From positions 558,001 to 622,000 of the forward strand of contig CP158635.1 of the NCBI GenBank assembly GCA_050273025.1: DNA of 64,000 nt, read 5' to 3'. The notes below the pieces were generated by a model. The model was not told the origin of the DNA and did no database searches. It was given only the letters and a program-made list of their open reading frames with translations. The DNA comes from Cenococcum geophilum. Taxonomy: Eukaryota. Both the position numbers and the translations under genes were made by a program. This document shows positions 1-12,147 of the stretch, in pieces; the stretch's first letter is position 1, and each line of letters begins with the position of its first letter.

Positions 1-1735
1 CCTTAAGCGATTCATTTCTGAAGACGCAGCGGAAATGACCGTGAACAATAAGAAGTGTTATCAAGCAACATGGGTACGTACCTCTTTGTAACGCAAGAAA
101 ATTAGCTGAAGTGTACCCCAGGGGCCACGTAGACTTACGACATCCTGGGAACACCTTTATTGGATCAAGCTACCGGGTGCACGCAATAAGAATGGCGGCT
201 TTCCTCTTTTCGGCGAACAGATCCTATATATGGATCGTGAGCGTTTGTTTCCCATGGAACATCACATTATCCCTGCCAAGAATTTGAACAAAAACTTCAT
301 TACAGTAATTCGCAAATACGACGAACGACCGTTAGCAGATCTCCGTGCGCTTATGGGCCTGGAACAATACAGCTCGACTTTGGGGCCAATCAAAATGTTG
401 TGGATTTGGCAGGAAACAAGCTACCAGATATTTGTAAAAACGCTTACTGGCAGGACGATTACACTCGAAGTCGAGGCCAGCTGCAGCATTGGTACCATTA
501 AGGCCAAAATCCAAGATAAGGAAGAAATCCCGCCCGATCAGCAACGGCTTATATTTAAGGGTAGGCAACTCGAGGACGGTATGACTCTCTTCCTATTACT
601 TGTGAAAACTAGCTAATGGTTCCTAAGAGAGATATATCATTCAATATGACATTCAAAGGGTAACTTATAATGCACTTGTTCTCACGTATAGCCTGTCCGC
701 TAAGACATATTTCTTAGGAAGCCACTCTTCACCTGGTTCTCCGTCTTAGAGGGGGACAACCTCCAGTGTCAGTGCGCCTATCCGATGGAAAGACATTTGA
801 TGTCGCTATCGGAACCAACTTCACAGTATCCTGGTTAAAAGAGGAAATTCGCGCAAAAGCTGCCATTGCTGTCGATGAACAGGTCCTCATATGGAATAAC
901 ACTATCCTTAAAGATGGCAAGAATGCACTAGTAAATTTTGACGCTCGAAGTTAACGCAGCACAGGTCGTTTACCCAAGAACATTTTCGAACATACTGTCT
1001 ACGTGGACCTTCGAGCCATCTCACCACTATCCCTTGCTGCCGGCGGAAACATCACGCAGTCCATAGCAGAAGATCACAATGACCCAAGAATGTGGGACGT
1101 TTCTTGCGCCAAGCTCCTCAACATCCAGATCATTAACGCCGCCCACTTTGAAGATGTCACCGGGTTGTTGACACCTGCTACCCCTGTGGATGCCAGAATG
1201 TACCGTGATCTAAAAATGCCTTATTTCGAGATCTATAATGAGAGTCCGTCGAGCGTGGGCGTTGGAAATACAACCTGGCGTAGCGTGACAGCCGCTCTGG
1301 GTTCTGCGCAGGATAGCAATGTGTTGACGTATGATCCTAATAATCCACCAAGGTGCTCCAAATACAACGTGGACTGCTCTAACCTAGCCGATCAATTGTA
1401 AGTTATACCCTCTGGCTTATCTTATTCCACTCTTTATAGAGTTTATTCTCTGCCTGTTATGAAAGTACCAAGCTAAGCACCTCAAATCCAGCGCCCGCCC
1501 CTGCCAACACCTTTTCTGCGACTCTTGCTGGGCAGAATACCGGAACAGACGCAACACCTCGACATGTCCGGATTGTTCGCGGCGAATTGACAGAATGATC
1601 CGGATCTTTAGTCCTGAAGTCCCGGTAAGAGCTAGTATGGATCATGATTCCGCTAAGAATCCAGTTGTGTTGTTGCAGGATTTGGGCGGGGCGGAGCTGC
1701 CGAGGTTTAGGAGTATTCAGGAGGCTAAGGAATAA
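1..1735 (+). CDS. 5'-partial spliced gene: ubiquitin-like domain + second diverged UBL + conserved uncharacterised domain + C-terminal RING-HC (C3HC4) finger
   Basis: Exons <1-73, 122-578, 628-659, 718-916, 965-1397, 1492-1735 join in frame. Splicing rebuilds [17 protein letters not shown]...[27 protein letters not shown], then [13 protein letters not shown]...LKDG/RL, then [13 protein letters not shown]...PYFEIYNE, then CSKYNVDC...[11 protein letters not shown]...CPDC; TAA at 1733-1735. Introns have GT(GC)..AG ends and branch-like motifs; normal GC, no RIP stops. Confidence 0.85.
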
Positions 1736-2397
1736 GTGGGTGGAGTAGGGCTTGGTGCTCGTGAGAGATAAGGGGTGGATTTGTATTGGAAACAATTGGG
1801 GATTTGATGGTTTAGTGAGTTGCTGAACTATATCTCGTGTTTACTATATTAGTGACCTATGTTTTATATTTCGGCAAATGACAGCTATGTCCCCTAAAAT
1901 ATTAATTCCGACCCGTATGTCATCTATATTAATTTTTAGGACCGCCATGCCACCCTAAACCTCTACGTGTTATCACATGTTACTGATGGTGACGCAACCA
2001 ACAATGTCCAACGGGAACTATCTGTCCTCTCTACGTTGGCAGGAGAAGCTTCAGAACGGCTGGGTATTATGGACAGCGTCCCCAGGAAGCCTCAGCCCGT
2101 GGTATAAACCGTAAAAGAAGCTGACTGGCTCTATTACGAAGGATCTTTTACGGCACACGCACTCCATAACGTTCTCGAAAAGACCCAAACGGAGATAGCG
2201 CAGAGGAGTGAAGAGCTAGAATACCTAGGCTTCTATAACTTGTACCCTTGCAATGTTACATTTAACATAACTAATGGCTGAAATCTGCCTTAGGCGACAT
2301 CACCGTCCTCATACGACAGAAATGGGCCATTATGAAGGAGCATATCCGGGACGTAAAGTCGTGGAAAAAACTCCTCTCTAACATGGTGGTCATAATC

Positions 2398-2657
2398 TGT
2401 CGACCTGAATCGAAGTTCCTTACTACCATCGTAATACTGTCTGACGACCTAGATCGTCTAGACGAACTATGTCTCAGTTGTCTCGTATCTTGAGCTCGTA
2501 TGTCTCATCGAACGTCTCATTACCTGTTTCTCTTAACTATGACCTACTACATGACGACGTCGTCGTTATTATATTTGGACCTACCTGATATATAAAAGAG
2601 AGCTTCTAGAGCCCTCTTTAATAAACAGAGTTCTCATTCCTGATCGTCCGTTCAACA
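2398..2657 (+). repeat. Copia 5' LTR
   Basis: TGTCGACC...TTCAACA, followed by GTTATAAGCCC PBS-like sequence; matches 7466-7725. Confidence 0.95.
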
Positions 2658-5600
2658 GTTATAAGCCCGGGCCGTTTACTGCATTATCTTTAATTCCAAA
2701 GCCTTTATTCCCATTAATTTAATTATTATCTTAATTATAGACAACTACCCACAATAACTTCTCAACAAGAAACCCCTCCCGTTATTATATCATCCGTTAT
2801 CCTTACAAGCCTAAACAACTGGGACGAATAAATTAAGGTTATTAAGTTAAAAGCAAATAACAATCGTCTCTAGAAGTATATTGACCCATTAACACCTAAG
2901 ACCGATCTGCTATAGCTTAAAGAACCTATTTATGCCTCACCCAAGGATACTAATAGCTGGGGGAAGATGAAGCTTGCGGACCTAGATAAGGAGGAGAAAA
3001 AGGAGCTCCGTATACTTAAAGCCGACTATAGGGACAATATAAAGCTATACAGAAAACAGCTGTTAGCTCTTAATATATTACGCAGCCACATCCTAAGCTC
3101 TATCTTACATACCTACCTTATCTACACGTTTAAATGTACCACCACCTATAACGTCTTAGTATTTCTTAAGAAGAGAATTACTCCAACTAACTACGCCTAA
3201 AAGCTTTAAATAGCCACTTAATATATAAGGCTTAAGAAGGCGCCTCGGAACTAGAACTTTAAGGTCTAGTTATAAGAGTAGGAGAAGGTATACACTAAGT
3301 GTAAGGAGTAAGCTCTACCTAAGGTAGATAGTAATCGTTTAGTAAAAGATTTTATATATATAGTTAAATTAATTACACTAAGCTAGTTAGAATATTGGAA
3401 GAATAAGCTTAATAAGCATAAGTAGGAGAAGAAGACGCTTTCTACCTTTTTTAAACTGGTTAAAATATACTAAAACTACCGTTGTACAAACCTTGCCTAG
3501 AAGGGCAAAACCCCATAAGGAGGATCCTTTAGAGTTACCTTTAAAGACAAGTCACCAAATTTAAAGCCTAAATTAAAACCTTAATCGTTAGCAGATAAGC
3601 AGAAGAAGGAAAGGCGACTACCGCTAGAGTGCCTATACGGAAAACGTTACTATTTTAATAAGTACTGGTATATTATGGAGTTAATTTCTTACCCATTATA
3701 GTTTAAACCAAGTAACGAAATTTAGAAGAAGGTAGATAAGAAGATTGCTAATATAATACCTAAAATTAAGGCTTATATTAAGCAAATCAAAAAGGATAAT
3801 TAAGCTAATAAGAAGGACAATCGAGCTAATAAAAAGCTAAAAGATAGCAACTAGTAGAGCTCTTAAGAGCCCTATAGAAACTTTACAGTTTATTATATAG
3901 GATCCAACAACACAGCTTCTAATTACGAGCTTCGCGATAGTATAATTCTTAACTCAGAAACTAGCCTATACGTCTTTAACGATAGAGCTAGGTTTATCAG
4001 CAATATTAAGCCTATATTAGAACGCGTCTACACAGGCTCGTATATAGAAGAAATCGTAGGCTATAGTATAGCTGCAGTTACAATTAATAACCTAAAGGGG
4101 AAGAGATAGATACAGCTCTTAGAAGCAGCCTTTATACTAGGCTTCTATACTAACTTAATATATCTTAATAAGCTTAATAATAAGGAAGTCTATTAAAACA
4201 ATAAAGAGAATACTTTCTTCTATGGCGACGATAAGACGTACACCTACTATAGCCGCCACTATGGTTAAAACACTATTAAATATAATAAGCCAAAAAGTGA
4301 CTTACCTAAGGCTTTATTTGCGACTTAATTAAAGCCAATAAAGCATTTATTAAAGCCTCTACTAAATTAGGCAGAAGGCCATATATAGCACTAGTGATTG
4401 GGCTATATAGGAAAAGACATAATTAAGTAACTACCTTAGTTAGTAACGGGCGCGATTATAAAAGGCCCAATAACGGTAAAATATAAATTATATAGAGTAA
4501 GTAAAGCTTATAAGGTAGTATCTAGAAGACCTCTAACTTAGTTACTAGTTCCTTTCTATAAAATCTACCTTAATTTAATACCCGGAATAGTCGCATTTAA
4601 TAGTAATAAGTACGCGGTATACTTCCTTAATAACGCGACACGAATAAATAAGGTAAAGACGATGGCTAAAAAGTCATCCCTTACCTAAATTGTTATTAAA
4701 TATTATAATATTATCGAACGACAATATGGCTTTAAGGTAGCCATTATCTACATAGATAAAGAGACGTCTCTTATAGGCGAATTTAAGGAATAGGCAGCTA
4801 AATGAGGAATTAGTTTTAAAAGATTAGCACCTAATACTTAATTACAAAACGGTCCAGCAGAACGATCTAGGGGGGTAATTATATAGAAGGCTTAGTGTAT
4901 AAAAATTAAGGCCTATCTACTAGAAGAGCTATATCCTAAAGTCTATAAAGCAGCTACCTATCTACTTAATTAAACGCCTAGTAGAAGACTTAGGTGGTAA
5001 ATACCTTTTAAAAGAATCCAGTTAGCTATAGGTATATTACCACTAAAGCTAAATATAGGCCACCTACGAGTCTACGGCTATAGGGCCTACCCTTTTAAAT
5101 ATAATATTCTACGCCTAAATAAGCTCGCGCTAAGGGCCCATATAGGATATCTGGTAGGGTATAATTTAATAAATATATTCCAAATCTATATTCCTAGTTA
5201 GAAAAAGGTTATTAAAACAAAAGATATAAAGTTTAATAAGCGGTTACTCTATAATAACTTATGGCTAGATCTAGCGAATATACTCCAAGTTAGAACTAAC
5301 CAAATATTAGAAATTATTAATGTCTATTAAATATAGGATCTCTAAGACGAATTAGAATCGTCGTTTAACAAAAGCAATAAGACTTAAGACGAGATTCAAG
5401 TTAATACTAAAGGGAGATAATAGGTAAAATCTAGTGGAAATAAGGAAGAGCCTAATATTAAGAGTAGTAAGCAATAAGATTTAAGCTCTAAAGATAACTT
5501 AGCTCTAAGGCTTCCTACCCTAGACGAGATACTAGAACCTAACTCACTAGAGCCTCTACCACCGTCCTTAAACACCTTAGCAAAGAAGCCGCACTATATT

Positions 5601-7465
5601 ATAGTTCCGACTAATAAAGCTAAGCTAAAAAAGAAGATTAATGGCGATATAGGAAAGTAAAACGTGGTTAAAGGAAAGAGACTTAAAGGACGATTAAAGA
5701 TCTATATAGGCTTTCTTACTAACGTTACTAACTAGAGCCTTTTAGCTTAAAGATCAGCCTTTAATATAGGGCTCACATTTTATAAAAAGCTGACCTGTAA
5801 TTAGTTCCTACCGCCGCCTAGGAATTAAAAGGAGCTTTAAAGATATTAATATAAGGAAGAGTTCGCGGCTACTGCCTAAAAGGAATATTTTAAGTCGTTA
5901 ACAAGACAATTTATACTAAAACAGTGCCTGTTATCTAGGTATTTATATATAAAACTAATATTAACAGATATATAATGAGGTTTAAAGCTCGTCTTTACGT
6001 ATAAGGTAATTTATTAAAGTTAGTATATAAGGACACCTATGCCGCAACTTTAGTAGCAAGATCGTTCAGAGCCTTAATGGCTATTATCGCAATATTTAAC
6101 CTGGACTGCTAGTAAGGCGACGCTATTAATACATTTATAAACAGTGTAATTAACAAGATTATATACGTTAAGTATCTAAATGGATTTTTAATTAAGGGTA
6201 AGTGCCTACTTCTCTAAAGAGCCCTCTATAGATTAAGGCGATTACCTTTACTATAGCACAGTGACTTAATAGCAACGCTAAAAAAGGAAGGCTTAAAGCT
6301 AGTAGCGGAGGAGCCTTGCCTATATTATAACGATTAGCTAATAATCTTCTTCTACGTTAACAATATTATAGCTACATTTAGGAAGAAAGATCTACTTAAG
6401 CTTTAAACCTTTAAGGAGCACCTTATAAGAAAGTATAAGATAAAGGACCTAGGTAACCTTACTTAGTTCTTAGGAATTTAAATTATCTATAATAGAAAGA
6501 ATAGGAAGCTCTAGCTTAGCTAGAATTCCTATATTAATAAAATTACAATAAGCTTTAAAGTTAAAGATTATCGTAAGATATATACACTAATAGGTATTAA
6601 GGAACTCAAGCCTAATCTAGAGTAAGCCTCTAAGTAGGATACCTAGGCCTATTAGAGGAAAGTCGGATCTATACTCTATATAGCCAATATTACTTATTTA
6701 GATATAGCGAGAATAGCAAGTAAGCTATTAGAATTTTTATAAAATCCGTTACTAATTTATAACGCAGCTACTATAAGGGTAATTACCTACCTTAATTAAA
6801 CCAAGACTCTTATAATTAAGTACTTAAAGGAGAATGTAATAAACCAGATCTTCGCAAAGGTAAATAATACGTTATTTAGTAATAATCTAGTAAGCAGAAA
6901 GAGTATAAAAGACTATTTATTTACCTTATTTAGGGGACTAATTAACTAGCAATCTACAAAGTAAAAGTTAGTAATAAAATTAAGCACAAAAGCAGAGCTT
7001 TTAGCCCTATCGCATGCAGCTACTAAATTAATTTAGTAGCAGCAATTCTTTAAAAAAAATTAGATTTAACCCTAATAAGAAGCAAACGATATATTGCGAC
7101 AACCTATAAACTATTTAACTACTAACTAAAAGCAACGCGGAGCTTAACACTAAGCTTTAACATATTAATATCTATTACTACTAGCTCCGCCAGGAAGTTT
7201 ATAAAGAAAGCATTAATATTAAATAGGTGCCTACTGCGGATATAATAGTAGATGGCCTAATAAAGGCTCTGCCTTATTAAAAGCATAAGGCGTTTATTTA
7301 GCAATTAAACCTCGTTAATATTAAGGATCTAATTTAATTTAATTTAAATAATATTTAGGCAAGGTAAATATATAAAGGATTTCCTTTAACTTAACACTAA
7401 ATTGCTATTATAACTTTTTAGTATTTCAACAGCAGCCTAGAAGGCTCTGTATAGTTAGGGGGGTA

Positions 7466-7725
7466 TATTAACCTAAATTAAAGTTCCTTACTACTATTGT
7501 AATACTATCTAACGACCTAGATCGTCTATATAAACTATATCTTAGTTATCTCGTATCTTAAGCTTATATATCTTATTAAACGTCTTATTACCTATTTCTC
7601 TTAACTATAACCTACTACATAACGACGTTATTATTATTATATTTAGACTTACCTAATATATAAAAGAGAGCTTCTAAAGCCCTCTTTAATAAACAGAGTT
7701 CTTATTCCTAATCGTCCATTTAATA
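7466..7725 (+). repeat. Copia 3' LTR (more heavily RIPed)
   Basis: TATTAACC...TTTAATA equals the 5' LTR with many C>T/G>A changes. Confidence 0.95.
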
Positions 7726-8529
7726 TAATCCTTAAATTAGAAACGTTTAAGAAAGAAGACTTTACTAATCGACTAGGTATATACCTTTGAATTGCAGACT
7801 TAGTTACACTGTAGTTAAACAAATTCATTATACAATAAAGGGGCAGAAGCTTAACGGATAGAGTTTTTAAAGACTAGCTCTAGCATCGCTTCTTTAGCAA
7901 TCCTGTAGTGCGCCATAGATACAGAATACATAAAGACTAATATATTTGATAGTTATATAGTTTTAATTAAAAGGCAGTTTTATAAAAAGCTTATAGCTTA
8001 TTAGGTAGGGATCTTATAACTATATATTAGCTCAACCAGTTAAGGATCTATTCGGTAACGTTATTCTTTACGCTACTACTAGGAACGTACTTTTTAGAGC
8101 CGAAAACCCAGTTTCTTTAAAGGAATACTAAAAGTAGAATATAAATAAAACATATAAATAACTAACTTTACCCACATACGGTACTGTGCAGTACTATAAC
8201 TTACGTAACTATCTATAACGTATGTTATAAGGTTTTAGCCAATACCTAGTTTTGACCAAACTAGCGTACCGCCTAGTATTGACTATCTAGCTAATCCTCG
8301 GTCAGCCGAGAAATCACGTATTTAGCTAGCCACCTAGGTTAGATTTAAGGATCTCCACAGCGCCACTAGCGCCGAGCTGTAGAGAGACGCCACCCGCTAA
8401 TTAAGCCGCTGATCGACGCCGACCATAGGGTAATTAGGGCCATTAGGGCCCTATATATATATAAAAAAGGCCCTCCCTACCTAATCCTTAATCGCGGCAG
8501 CACGTCTGCTATTATACCTACTATATAAA

Positions 8530-10830
8530 ATAGCGCTAACTAACTACGTAGAGATTAATATCGCTAATACCGAATTACGCGCTAACACGCAGTACGTCCT
8601 TGCCCTTACGCATACTACAAGGCCTAAAAACATATCTTTAACGTATAATCCAAAGCAGAAGAAGTTTAAGGTAATACCCCCCTTTTTAAAAGCATCGCGG
8701 CCTATAACTGGCGCGTTATTTGGCTTAAGGCCTTCTATAAACAAAAGTAGTACTATAATAGCGATACTATTACGGAGAATAAGCTACTTCTTTTCCTTAT
8801 TAAGGAGGTTGCAAGCCAGCCCTTAAAAGGAAAAAGCCGTAAAGTCGATATTAACGTACCCTAAGAGGAGGCGCGGCTCTTATAGCGGTTAGTTTACGGC
8901 TATATTACTACTTTAACGGACCTCTATTCGATACAGAAAGCTATAAGAATAAATAGCCACCCGTTTTTACGGAAGGATAGCGTTAAAAAGTACTTAAAGA
9001 CGCTATAGTAGAGGGACGCGCAGCGTAAGAAAGAGCAGTTCGCCAATAAGGGCAGAGATACCCTTCTTAACGGCTATACTAAGGACGAGTTCTAAAGCAT
9101 CTACCATAAGCTCTAGGCTAGGGGCGCTGCCTTATCCCTAGAGTGCTACTTTTACACACTTATTAATATTCTACTAGGCTACTATATACTTACCTACAGT
9201 GGTAATAGACACTTTACTAAGATCTTAAATCTATTTACCTTTAAGTTTAAGGGTAAAGGCCCTACACGCTATATGCCCTTAATATTTACTATCTACGTAG
9301 GTAATTAGAACTAGTATAGCCGCTTTAAGATTATTAGGGCCCTATAGAATAAAAAGCTGCCTATTTATATGCTTAGCGGGCTAGCCTTCTATCTCTTATA
9401 CTACTAAAATCTTAATATAAAGCCGTTTCCGGACTTTAGTAGGCGCTTAGTATAGTATAATATACGCCTAATTAAGAGCGGTAAGGACTGTAAGGTAGCC
9501 CTCTTATATAGCTTATAGTAAGATTAGGTTATAAAGGCCTTTTAGTATATTAGCGTCTTCTTAAAGAAGAAAACCTATATTAGGTAAGCGCTAGCGCTAA
9601 CATAGTAGAGCTAAAGGGGGTTAGTAAGGACTAGATTTAGCGCGCTAGAAGGTAAAACTAAAAGTAAATAAAAGGGTATTACTTAAACTCTCTTCTATAA
9701 GAGTTTATAAGATTAATAGTAAAACGCCCCTTATAGATAGGCTGCTTTAAAATCCGCTATATAGATATTACGCCGCCTAATATACTACTATTAATAAGAT
9801 AGCCTAAACTAGATAAATAGAAGGGCCGTTTTAGCCTATAGCTATATTAGATTAATAAACTTGCCGCTATAGGGGTTATAAACCTTCTCTTTTACCTCCA
9901 TAAGGTTATTTTTATAGGATTTAGTAACCCTTTATAAGATATTCCTAAGCTATCTAGTATAGAGCTACCCTGTTTTTTAGTATAAGGCGTATAAGGCCTT
10001 TACGTAAGATCTAAAGCCCTACCTATAGGAAGAGAAGGGGATCCTAAATTAGCTGTTAATTCTCTACTAGGCTATATTACTTCTTACTAACTAATTAAAG
10101 GCTCTATACGCTAAATATAAGCAGATAGCTAGTAAGGTTAAGGGCTTATTAGACTATTTAGATAAGTCCTAGTAGGCCTAGTCTTTATAGCTTTAATTAC
10201 TAACGTCTAAAGGCTTTACATTTCGACTAAAAGCCCCTTTAGCTATAGCTGCGGCTATAACTACGGCATAGCCTTAGGGCCGGTTTACTAACCCCCTATA
10301 TCTACCTATAAAAGCAGCCCCTCTAGCTCTATCTATTATAGAATTTAGCAAATATACGTCCGCCTAGGTAAGCGCTATAGGCTCTCCTTCCTGTATAGCT
10401 TTGCTACCGCTACTATTACTACCACTACCGCTGCCGCCGCTACCGCTATAGCCGCTACCGCAGCTATAATTAGAGCCGTAGTCCTAGCTAGAGCCTAGGT
10501 TTAGGTCTCTATTTATATACTATATAAGCCGCGCGGTAAACTCTATACAGGCTCTTTAGTATAAGTAGACTAAAGGGCTAGGAGGTAATCCTTTTATAGC
10601 AGCACTAGATTTTAAATAGGGTAGTAAATAGCGGGCCAGCTAGTAAAAGGAGGTTTAATAGTACTCTCTATAGCTTAAGGTTATTAAGGAGATTAAGCAG
10701 GTTATATAGGTCTAGAAGGTTAGCGAGGAAGTGGCTATATAGTAGGTTAATCTACAGTAGGGGCAGATATAGTGCTTACTAAATTAGCTTTATAAACGGC
10801 TTTAAGCGGGTAAAAAAGCTTTAAAATAGT
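8530..10830 (+). mobile_element. Crypton-type tyrosine-recombinase transposon ORF with C-terminal GCR1_C-like domain, RIP-inactivated
   Basis: Translation gives RPKNISLTYNPKQKKFK, an intron, DTITENKLLLFLIKEVAS, SYITTLTDLY, EQFANKGRDTLLNGY, and near 10520-10640 YISRAVNSIQAL*YK*TKGLGGNP..AALDFK*GSK*R, which de-RIP to fungal Crypton motifs. Element limits roughly 8205-11202. Confidence 0.8.
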
Positions 10831-11207
10831 TATATATATATAACTTCTAATAAGATACTAAGAGGTCCTCTATCGAAACCTTTATCTATAGCCCCCTAGG
10901 GGCTTATTTTAGTGCCGTATAAGTTTAATAAGGTGCTTTAGGGTGCTTATACGATAGTAGCGCGTAACTTAAAACGCGAATATCTTTATTAACCTATAGC
11001 TAATTCTTACCATTCTAGTATAAGTAGAAAGCGCTTAGTAGGCTTTACGTATAGCGCTTAATAGGTATTAAGAGAGCAGTATTACTAGCGATTAAAAATC
11101 GACTGTAGATATAGGGTAATATCTATAGTCGCTAAACGCACGGGCCTCCTCGCCCGCGTAATCGTGACTTAGCCGCTGATTTTGCTATATAAATGTAACT
11201 ATGGATA

Positions 11208-11930
11208 TACTATTGCTATTTTAAGTAAGCTTAGGCCCCTAAAACTCAGGAACCCCCTAAACTCGGCAACCTAGCTAAAATTTAACCACTGATTTATTAA
11301 CCTATCTTCTTTATAGCGAGTCGATAAATATGGACTAAAATAAGTAGAACTTATAAATAGCTACCGTAGATTTTAAATCTAGTGTTTATAAGTATATATA
11401 AAAAGCTATACTTATATAAGGTATCCCTTTATTAATTTAAGCAATTAATTAAAGAGTAAGCTACTAAGGCAATTTATGCACTAATATAAATAGTAAATAA
11501 ATCCTATATTAGAGGCCTTACTTATTAATTATATGCTAAGATATGGCTTATAAAGATTTATTCTCTTATATACGTAATTATAAGAAAATAGTAATATAAA
11601 TCTTTAATTAAAATAGCAATATTAGTCCCTGTAGTAAAATATATATAATTAGCTATCTTAAATATACTTTTTATATAATTTTTTTTACTTAGCTAATAGA
11701 AAGTATATAAATTAATAGGGTATAATTAAAGTAAATTTAAAACCTTATAAACTTTATAAAAGTTATATAAAGAAAGACTAATATATAGGTGGAAAATACC
11801 TAAAATATAAATAAATTTAAAGTTATAGAAAGTGTATATATAAATTTAATTATTATAGGGGATGCCTATAAAGAGAAGGCTTTTATATAGTTACTAAATA
11901 ACTATAAATAGGTATCTATTATAGAGATGA
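11208..11930 (+). mobile_element. 5' fragment of a pogo/Fot1-like (Tc1/mariner superfamily) transposon
   Basis: Degenerate HTH region and motifs that de-RIP to ENTWNMDE (~11790) and EWVSIIE (~11906); truncated at an LTR-like insertion. Confidence 0.55.
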
Positions 11931-12147
11931 TATAAGGGGACTTTGTAGATAAAGGACTATAAAAACACAATTATAGAATAGAATAGATTAGTAAGAGGGA
12001 CGAATCTTTAAAGAGGTAAGGCCTTTAGGGTTATAGAGACTATATACTATAGGTACGTGCCTTTAATACGTAACCGGTAACTATATAAAGAGTATTTAGG
12101 GGTTGTCCTAAGGGCAATTTAAGGTAACTGCAATAATATCCCTTATA
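11931..12147 (-). repeat. Probable 3' LTR of a degraded minus-strand LTR retrotransposon
   Basis: Termini TATAAGGG...CCCTTATA (RIPed TGTAAGGG...CCCTTACA) followed by TTGCCCCCCCTTTTT, a minus-strand PPT; no partner LTR found. Confidence 0.5.

Larger units (their letters stand above)
2398..7725 (+). mobile_element. Full-length Ty1/Copia LTR retrotransposon, RIP-inactivated
   Basis: 260-bp LTRs 2398-2657 (TG..CA) and 7466-7725; 5-bp TSD TAATC at 2393-2397 and 7726-7730; PPT at ~7457-7465. Degenerate gag, protease (~3940), GAG-pre-integrase (~4380), integrase, RT and RNase H in Copia order. Confidence 0.95.
1940..7790 (+). pseudogene. Probable host gene of unknown function interrupted by the Copia insertion
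   Basis: About 100-codon frame at ~1940-2240 (DRHATLNLYV...EADWLYYEGSF...) with one TAA consistent with RIP of CAA, an intron-like segment to 2293, and coding-like sequence running into the TSD at 2393-2397 and resuming at 7731. Frame across the intron is ambiguous. Confidence 0.4.

Noticed and set aside
230..616. Stand-alone ubiquitin or polyubiquitin gene
   Set aside because: It is one exon of a larger spliced gene and diverges from canonical ubiquitin.
1457..1795. Minus-strand 112-aa ORF
   Set aside because: Antisense shadow of the RING-encoding exon.
8530..10830. Starship captain (DUF3435) tyrosine recombinase
   Set aside because: Motifs and the GCR1_C-like C-terminus fit Crypton; no Starship boundary or cargo is linked to it.
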